Origin: Octopus sinensis | Lineage: Eukaryota | NCBI RefSeq assembly: GCF_006345805.1 | Contig: NC_042997.1 | Location: 177,630,001-177,694,000, forward strand | Direction of reading: 5' to 3' | Length of the DNA stretch: 64,000 nucleotides | Shown here: positions 55,565 through 64,000 of the stretch, piece by piece | How the letters are laid out: each line of letters starts with the position of its first letter | How positions within the stretch are numbered: the stretch's first letter is position 1 | Notes under the pieces: generated by a model | Told to the model about the DNA's origin: nothing | Seen by the model: the letters and a program-made list of their open reading frames with translations, nothing else | Databases searched by the model: none | Position numbers and translations under genes: made by a program

Positions 55565-55785
55565 TTTTGTGTCTGTGTTTGTCCCCCAACATCACTTAAC
55601 AACCGATGCTGGTGTGCTTACGTCCCCGTAACTTAGTGGTTCGGCAAAAGAGACCGATGGAATAAGCACTAGGCTTCCAAAGAATAAGTCCTGGGGTCGA
55701 TTTGCTCGACTAAAAAGGCGGTGCTCCGGCATGTCCGCAGTCAAATGACTGAAACAAGTAAAAGAGTAAAAGAGAGTAAAGAGTA
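55436..55785 (+). mobile_element. SINE family A, 5' truncated
   Basis: gcctcgggccaaccaaagccttgtgagtgg...gactgaaacaagtaaaagagt. Confidence 0.9.
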
Positions 55786-56207
55786 TTGAGTAATTCAACT
55801 ACATATCCCAGCTTGATCGGTATTCCTTTTAGCTATACAGCTTTTGGTATCTTATTCATTACATTATTGTTTTGAGTTCGATTCAAATCGGCGTCGATTG
55901 TTACCATTACACCAAACGAGTGTCTAAGTAAAATCGATATCAGAAACAAAGCCAATATTGTGATTGGGTCAACATAGACTGTTATGTCTGACCCGTTCAA
56001 AACTGACATCTTGCCAAGGTAAATAAAATAATTATCTTTTTAACAAAGAATCTCCAATGATTATTAGACGTTTCGATTTTAAAGCACGTATACGTCTCCT
56101 TGGTAGTATAAGAATACATAAACATACATCTAAGTGAGCATATATGTGTAATGGAAATAGATAAGTATATAAATATATAAGTATATATATACATATATAA
56201 TATCAAA

Positions 56208-56320
<113 letters not shown>

Positions 56321-56362
56321 AATATATTAATATAAACACATACATAATATATATAAATATAT

Positions 56363-56396
<34 letters not shown>

Positions 56397-56541
56397 TGCA
56401 TATATATATATGTGTGTGTGTGTATGTGTGAAATGTTTGTCTTTATGTTATGATAAACACAATTTTTCATTGAATACAACGATTGCGCAATACATTTGGT
56501 TGAGTACAAATTTATTATTCCTTAGCAAAAATAGTATTGGT

Positions 56542-56582
56542 AGTGACTTCGAAGTTTTGGCCAGCTAACCAATCATCAGACT
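56542..56582 (-). ncRNA. Degenerate hammerhead motif (G12 lost)
   Basis: Minus strand: agt CTGATGA t tggtt-agct-ggcca AAA cttcgaag TC act. Confidence 0.5.
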
Positions 56583-56741
56583 GTGATGCATTTGTGTTCA
56601 TCGTGATTTTATACAGTCTCTGTTAAGTTACAATTTCCTAAGGTAGGTTGGGATCTGTTTAAATGATTATTAGGTTGTATGATAGTTTTGGTTCGCCAGG
56701 TGCTATAGAGAATTTTTATTGATTAAATATAGAGATGTGCT

Positions 56742-57230
56742 TTTTTTACTCTTTTATTCTTTTACTTGTTTCAGTCATTTGAGTGCGGCCATGCTGGAGC
56801 ACCGCCTTTAGTCGAGCAAATCGATCCCAGGACTTATTCTTTGTAAGCCTAGTACTTATTCTATCGGTCTCTTTTGCCGAACCGCTAAGTTACAGGGACA
56901 TAAACACACCAGCATCGGTTGTCAAGTGATGTTGGGGGGACAAATACAGACACGCAAACATATACACACACATATTATATATATATATATCTATATATAT
57001 AGATATATATATATATTATATATATATAATATATAGTATATATATTATATTTATATATAACTATATACGACGGGCTTCTTTCAGTTTCCGTCTACCAATC
57101 CACTCACAAGCTTTGGTCGGCCCGAGGCTATAGTAAAAGACACTTGCCCAAGGTGCCACGCAGTGGGAATGAACCCGGAACCATGTGGCTGGTAAGCAAG
57201 CTACTTACCACACAGCCACTCCTGCGCCTA
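56742..57230 (-). mobile_element. SINE family A, full length
   Basis: Near-identical to other copies; expanded internal TA tract. Confidence 0.92.
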
Positions 57231-58339
57231 TTGTTTAGAAATTAATCTTGTATGTAGGACTTTGAAACCAGATGCGTATATTTAGGCGTGTCATCTTCAG
57301 GTAATAAAGATTCACATAAGGATGTTGGTCAACAGATTGTTGTTGGTTAGACAACAACTAACAACAGTTAGTTGTTGGTCTTGTCTGAATATTAATGAGA
57401 TATTCAAACTTTTGTTTTGAAAATACGAAGATTAAATCTCAGAGCTCAGTCCAGTATTTAAACCGTTGAAATTAGGTGTATTTACTAGTATGTCAGCTTT
57501 TAGGTAACGGGTTTACAAAGGTTCACAGAAGAATAAAGAATAAATTTTAGTTTGTTGGCAGGCTGGTATTATTTAAAGTTTTTTCCCTGTTTGTATTTGG
57601 AGGGCATTGGTTATCACTTAAGCATGTCATAGTGTTATTAGTATTGGAAATGTGTTGATCTAACGTTTTAATGCTTACAAGAGGATGTACGTAGGAGTAG
57701 ATGTTGTCTGTCAGCATATTTGCCTCTGAGAGATCATTGCTCCGAAAATTATTTGTTTACTAGTTAGAAATTTTAACCTTTGTGTTTAGAGAGATATTTT
57801 TAGCAATTGTAGAAACTCTTTTTCCTGCCCTATAAAAGGAAATTGTCTCTCAAGCAATATTATATATAGCGCAACCGTAACCACGAACACTACACGAACA
57901 TATGTAGAGTTTATAGGAGACCGGTTCAAAACATTATACAACTATTTATTTTTGATAAATATTTTTGATAAATATTTCTTCTACTCGATGTCAAGCGTGG
58001 TCATTTTATAATTTATTATCGGGTTATATTAAAATGTGCAAAAAGTGGGGATTATAAAGATGTGCAGGAAATTCTAAGCCAGGTTATTCTTCAATCCTTG
58101 CACATATGTATGTGGGTGTTTGTAGCTATGTGCACTTCATTTAGAAAGTTTTGTGAACTGTTAAAATTTGGGAACTCTTTGATAATTTATGCAGGTCTTG
58201 TTTATTGTAGAGTTGTAATATCAGTTTTTATGTGTATTATGGAGGTTGTTTATGATGATAGAGGATATGGGAGGAGGACGGTGGTGTGGTATTTAGCCGT
58301 TAGAAAAATCTATTGGTTTCAAACATATGAGTGCTTTGA

Positions 58340-58810
58340 AGATTTTGTGTTTGCATGAAAGGTTGTGCAGGTTTGATGGTAATTGGAGTATTTCTGGATT
58401 TCAATGTCCGTATATATTTGGATAGTGAGGTATCATTTTACTGTTTGGATTGCGAGAACTGTGTATAGTTGTATAGTGTTTTGAACCGGTCTCCTGTAAA
58501 TCCTACATATGTTAGTGTAGTGTTCGTGGTTACGGTTGCGCTATATACAATACTGCTTGATAGACAATTTCCTTTTAGAGGGCAAGAAAAAGAGTTTCTA
58601 CAATTGCTAATTGTTATTATTATACATGTGATTTTGATTTTCAGCTTTGACAATTTTTCCGAGGTTGCTGATTGTTGAATATAAGAATTTTATAGTATCT
58701 TTGATTAGTTTATGATATTTGTGATTAGGATGAAAATGTCTTAGAAGTAGTTTTAAAAGTAATTTGATTATCGATGGAGAAAGGTGTACGCTGAACCACA
58801 AAACCACGCA
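58340..58810 (-). pseudogene. Penelope-like element GIY-YIG endonuclease region (decayed); inverted partial copy at 57807-57943
   Basis: RHFHPNHKYHKL, NCRNSFSCPLKGNCLSSSIVYSATV..TYVGFTGDRFK, TSLSKYIRTLK. Confidence 0.8.
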
Positions 58811-58833
58811 CTTTTCCTTTTCCTATTCTTGCG

Positions 58834-58919
<86 letters not shown>

Positions 58920-58922
58920 TTA

Positions 58923-59596
58923 TTAAAGCAGCAGAAAATTCAACAAAATCTGTTACTCTGAGTTTCTCGTTGCCGTTCATCAGACAGTTTTTGCTAGAAT
59001 GGAACCGAATATCAATTCAATCCAGACTCTTACAAACGCTAACCTTTAAAAAAAATGGACTTGTTTGATTGGCCCTTTAGAAATAACGGTCAATCTTCGA
59101 GCGATAAACAAAAAAAGAGCTCAAAAATATATGTATATATATATTAAAAAAATTATAAAAAATTAAAAAATTATAAATTCGAGGAAAAAACCTTACATTG
59201 AATAAAATACATATTGACGTTAATATGTATTTTATTCAATGTAAGGTTTTTTCCTCGAAATTTTTAATTTTATAATTTTTATAATTTTTTTTATATATAT
59301 ATACATATTTTTTTGAGCTCTTTTTTTGTTTATCGCTCGAAGATTGACCGTTATTTCTAAAGGGCCAATCAAACAAGTCCATTTTTTTTTAAAGGTGTAG
59401 CGTTTGTAAGAGTCTGGATTGAATTGATATATCGGTTCCATTCTAGCAAAAACTGTCTGATGAACGGCAACGAGAAACTCAGAGTAACAGATTTTGTTGA
59501 ATTTTCTGCTGCTTTAAATAAAGCATATTACTATACCACTGGTATTTGAGTACTCTTTTTTCCACCTTGTTTCACATTTATGTGTTTACTCCGGTT
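58923..59596. mobile_element. ~595-bp near-perfect palindrome with one hammerhead per arm and an unpaired tail, inside (TA)n
   Basis: Centre at 59218/59219; HHR ctgt CTGATGA acggcaacga GAAA ctcagag TA acag at 59453-59490(+) and 58950-58987(-). Confidence 0.85.
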
Positions 59597-59644
<48 letters not shown>

Positions 59645-60044
59645 CAAAATAGAACAAGAACGCAAAACATCCGGACAACTAGGTAATACAAAAAGGGACA
59701 ACAAAACATCCAGATAGACGATACAAGAAAACAAGGACGGGTCATTCGAAGTTTCTATCTTCAATCAAGAACCAGATTATCCTCGCAATTTCGGCTGATT
59801 TATATGTCTATCAAATCTACTCACAAGATTTTTATTAGCTGGAGGATATAGTAGAAGACACTTGCACAAGGGATCAGGCAGAGGGATTAAACTCGAAACA
59901 ATGTGGTTCGGAAGCAAACATTTTACAACGCAGCCACGCTTGTACCTTTGAGATATATGTGGGCACGTGAGTGTGCGTGTGCGCGCGCGTTGAAATATAT
60001 GTGGATAATTTCATATTTGAAATATATATATATATATATATATT

Positions 60045-60981
60045 AGGGAGTATAGCTCCAAACTTACAGGGAAAAATTCAACTTAGTATTAAATCAAATT
60101 TCACAGTATAAATATATAAAATATGAATTAGAGATAAAACCACTATTAGGCAACTCAAACAGTGATAGACATAAACCAATACATAAATAACAAATAATAT
60201 AAATATGATTAATATAATATATAATATATATATATATATAATTTTTTCCAAAAGGTATAAAAAGAGTGATAAATATAATATAAGTAAAAACACTACGTAC
60301 GTTTCATGGCTATAATTAAATTATAAATAATTATAGAATCAAATTAACAATCAGTAGTTATATAGTATACAATACAATAAAATAAAACTTCTTAAAATAT
60401 CTTTATTGGTGTATATTTTGTGTGTGATTATTTTGTTAAATAATTTGGTAATTAGATATTGGACTATAACTGAGTTAAGGATATTCGTGAATTTATTGTT
60501 TTTAAGCCATATTATATCTTCATAGATAAATACATATTTCTATCTATTTTTTACCTTAAAAATAAATATTTAACATAATAAATGGGTTGTATGACATAAT
60601 CCTAATGTTTTAAGTTTCTAATTTAGATAATGGACTTTTTTATTAGAAAAATTATTATTTTATTTATTTCTTTAAAAATATTGTTTAACTCTATTTGCTT
60701 ATTATTTAACCTGAAGATTGACTATAATTTTAGTTCAAATTTATTTCAATTAAATTTAAACTTAATTGTAATTCGAATTAATTATAGCCATGAAACGTAC
60801 GTAGTGTTTTTACTTATATTATATTTATCACTCTTTTTATATCTTTTGGAAAAAAATTATATATATATTATATATCATATTAATTATATTTATATTATTT
60901 GTTATTTATGTATTGGTTTATGTCTATCGCTGTTTGAGTTGCCTAATAGTGGTTTTATCTCAAATTCATATTTTATATATA
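60045..60981. mobile_element. TA-flanked element with ~205-bp inverted repeats and a long-stem-II hammerhead motif
   Basis: IR 60112-60319/60778-60981; CTGAAGA (60711) ..tgactataatt...aattatagccat GAAA cgtacg TA (60792-60803). Confidence 0.7.
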
Positions 60982-61009
60982 TATATATATATATGTGTGG
61001 TGTGTGTGT

Positions 61010-61043
<34 letters not shown>

Positions 61044-61434
61044 TATAGATAGATACTACAAGTAGTAGTGGTAGTAGTAGTGCAGGTAGTGGCGGGGGAG
61101 GAGGAGGAGAAGCTGATGGTGGTAGTGGTCTTTGATGGTGGTGGGGATGGTGATGACGGTGGTGGTAGTGATGGAAGATTAACTCTATTCTCACTGAAAA
61201 ATTCGACCACCGTAGTAGAAGCTGTCGTCGCTATCGTCGTCGTCGTGATTGTTGTTGTTGTTTTTGTGGTTGTCGTTGCTGTTCAATGCATTCTACAATG
61301 GGCAAAAAAGAAAAATAAAATACAACTAAACAGTAGGCGATACAAGAGAGAGAGTAAAAGGAAAAAAAGAGAGGGTGGAGAGTTGATGGGTCGATTCTTC
61401 AAATCAACAAATAAATATTTTCAAAACGTAAAAG

Positions 61435-61729
61435 ATTCTGTTGTGTCTGGGGAGAGTCATTTTCTTTTTGTGCCTTATAATTTAACACACTCAGCGGTAA
61501 AATTTCCACTTATTCCTTAGTTTTATTTTCCTAAAATTTTCGTTGCGTCTTGCAACATTTTCAATAGTCTTGACTCTGTCCGTTCAAGAGTCATGACTAT
61601 TGAAAAGGTTGCAAGACGCAACGAAAATTTTAGGAAAATAAAAATAAGGAATAAGTGGAAATTTTACCGTTTAGTGTGTTACATTATAAGGCACAAAAAG
61701 AAAATGACTCTCCCAAGACACAACAGAAT
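61435..61729. mobile_element. Long hairpin (143-bp arms, 9-nt loop) with a U3:A8 hammerhead motif in each arm
   Basis: cta TTGAAAA g gttgc-aagac-gcaac GAAA at TT tag at 61597-61633(+); mirror copy at 61531-61567(-). Confidence 0.8.
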
Positions 61730-62085
61730 ATGCTTCAACACACGAACTCATATAAAGAATATTGCAAACCAAATCCAAAAACGAAATGTAAAAGATTAAA
61801 TAACTAAAAACATGACATTGACACAAATATAAAATTAAAAATTCACAACTTGGTCAAGTGTGCAGTATTTGCACCTAAAATTGCAGCGGTGCAACTATAA
61901 TAATAATACTTTAATGAATGCATATAATCCCTTTAAAAGTATGCACATATCTTCAGCTTACATCTGTTTTTGTTTGTGTTTATGTTTGTATTAGGTAGGC
62001 ATATGTGTGTGCGTGTGTGTGTGTGTACGTATGTGTGTGCATGTGTGCAAGTGCGTGTGTGTATGTCTGTACGCATGTATATATA

Positions 62086-62194
<109 letters not shown>

Positions 62195-62340
62195 TACAGG
62201 TGGTGCAATTAAGTTAGACATGGCCTGGACCAATCTTTGGTAACATATCTAAGTTTACCTAAGTTTATATATAATATATATATATAATACATATGATATA
62301 CATATATATAATATAACATACGTAACATGATATATGTATA

Positions 62341-62418
<78 letters not shown>

Positions 62419-62637
62419 CGTGTGTGTGTGTGTAGGGTGAGATTCTGTGCATATACAAATGTGCATGTGTATGTTCGACAGTGCGAGTGTATGTCTAATA
62501 CTGAGAATGCCATCGTGTCTTTGTGTGTATATATATACATAACATATATGCATGCATGTAATATATAAATATATATATATATATGTATGTACCTATATAT
62601 ATTATATATATATATAATATATATGTATGTATGTACA

Positions 62638-62671
<34 letters not shown>

Positions 62672-62984
62672 CATGTATATATATATGCATATATGTATGC
62701 ATATGTGCATGTATGTATGTATGTATGTATGTATGTATGTATGTATGTATGTATGTATGCATGTATATTGGTGCATCTGTTTGTGTCATCCTATCAAACA
62801 TCAAATAGGCTTAAGCTGGCAAAGTTTCAGAATCTTTCATGATTCTTTCTCATTATTTTCATTCTCTCTTTCTCTCCCCATCTCTATCTCTCTGTCTCTA
62901 TGTCTCTCTCTCTCCTTTTTTCTCTATCTCTCTTTCTCTTCCCTTCTTTCCCCCTCTCTCACTGAATATGTATACCCACATTCT

Positions 62985-63064
<80 letters not shown>

Positions 63065-63278
63065 TAAACAAACAGACAGATACAATATATACGGATATAT
63101 ATATATATATATATATATGCGTATGTATATATAATGTATATAATGTGTGTGTGTGTGTGTATATATATATATAATGAAACATTGATCATAGACAAACATG
63201 AAATTCAAGTCAACGACTTTATATATACACCATACCTCCAAACATATAATATATATACATATAATATATAATAGTATA

Positions 63279-63316
<38 letters not shown>

Positions 63317-63422
63317 TGTTTGTTTTTTTGTATGTATGTATATATACATATATATACATACAAAAATATATATGTATGTATATATATAATAATATATACA
63401 TACATACATACATATATATATA

Positions 63423-63468
<46 letters not shown>

Positions 63469-63495
63469 TATATATATATATACACATATATATAT

Positions 63496-63539
<44 letters not shown>

Positions 63540-63555
63540 ATATATATATAATATA

Positions 63556-63687
63556 TGTATGAGTGTGTGTCTGAGTATATGTATATATTTGTGTGTTGTG
63601 TATCTATATGATGTTCTTATGAAAATATATATACCTTTACCCACGAATATATATATATATATATTATATATACACACACACAAACAT

Positions 63688-63741
<54 letters not shown>

Positions 63742-63883
63742 GTATGTATGTTTGTGTGTGTGTATATATATTATATATATATATATTCGTGGGTAAATGT
63801 GTATATTATATTTTCATAAGAACATCTATATAGATACACACACACACACAATATATACATATACTCAGACACACACTCATACA
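63556..63883. repeat. Imperfect palindrome centred on a (TA)n tract
   Basis: tgtatgagtgtgtgtctgagtatatg..tttacccacgaat mirrored by attcgtgggtaaa..catatactcagacacacactcataca. Confidence 0.85.
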
Positions 63884-64000
63884 AACCACATACACATACG
63901 CAGAGACTAGAGCAGTGCATACGAATAAAGTGACAGAGACAGACAGACGAAGACATAGAAATCGCACAAAAACAAACAAAAACAAAATGGAAGAAGAATT

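Overview
AT-rich eukaryotic window, almost certainly cephalopod (Octopus-type), judged from its two dominant tRNA-derived SINE families and extreme microsatellite load. No host protein-coding gene can be supported, and nearly all long ORFs in the track are microsatellite artefacts. The window is a mosaic of SINEs, truncated LINEs (RTE, CR1-group, R4/Dong, possibly L1/Tx1), a near full-length decayed mariner, other Tc1/mariner remnants and MITEs, a non-autonomous Helitron, a decayed Penelope-like element (GIY-YIG) and a 100-N gap. The main signal not shown by the ORF track is a set of at least a dozen minimal type-I hammerhead ribozyme (HHR) motifs, read by eye. They sit in short non-coding elements next to (TA)n/(ATT)n tracts, often as long hairpins or tandem repeats (Penelope pLTR / retrozyme-like architecture). 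Several unrelated families carry a compensated U3:A8 core in place of C3:G8, and one family carries an A6U core. The CR1-group LINE shares a covarying 3' stem-loop with the most abundant SINE. Coordinates were counted by hand and may be off by a few bases.
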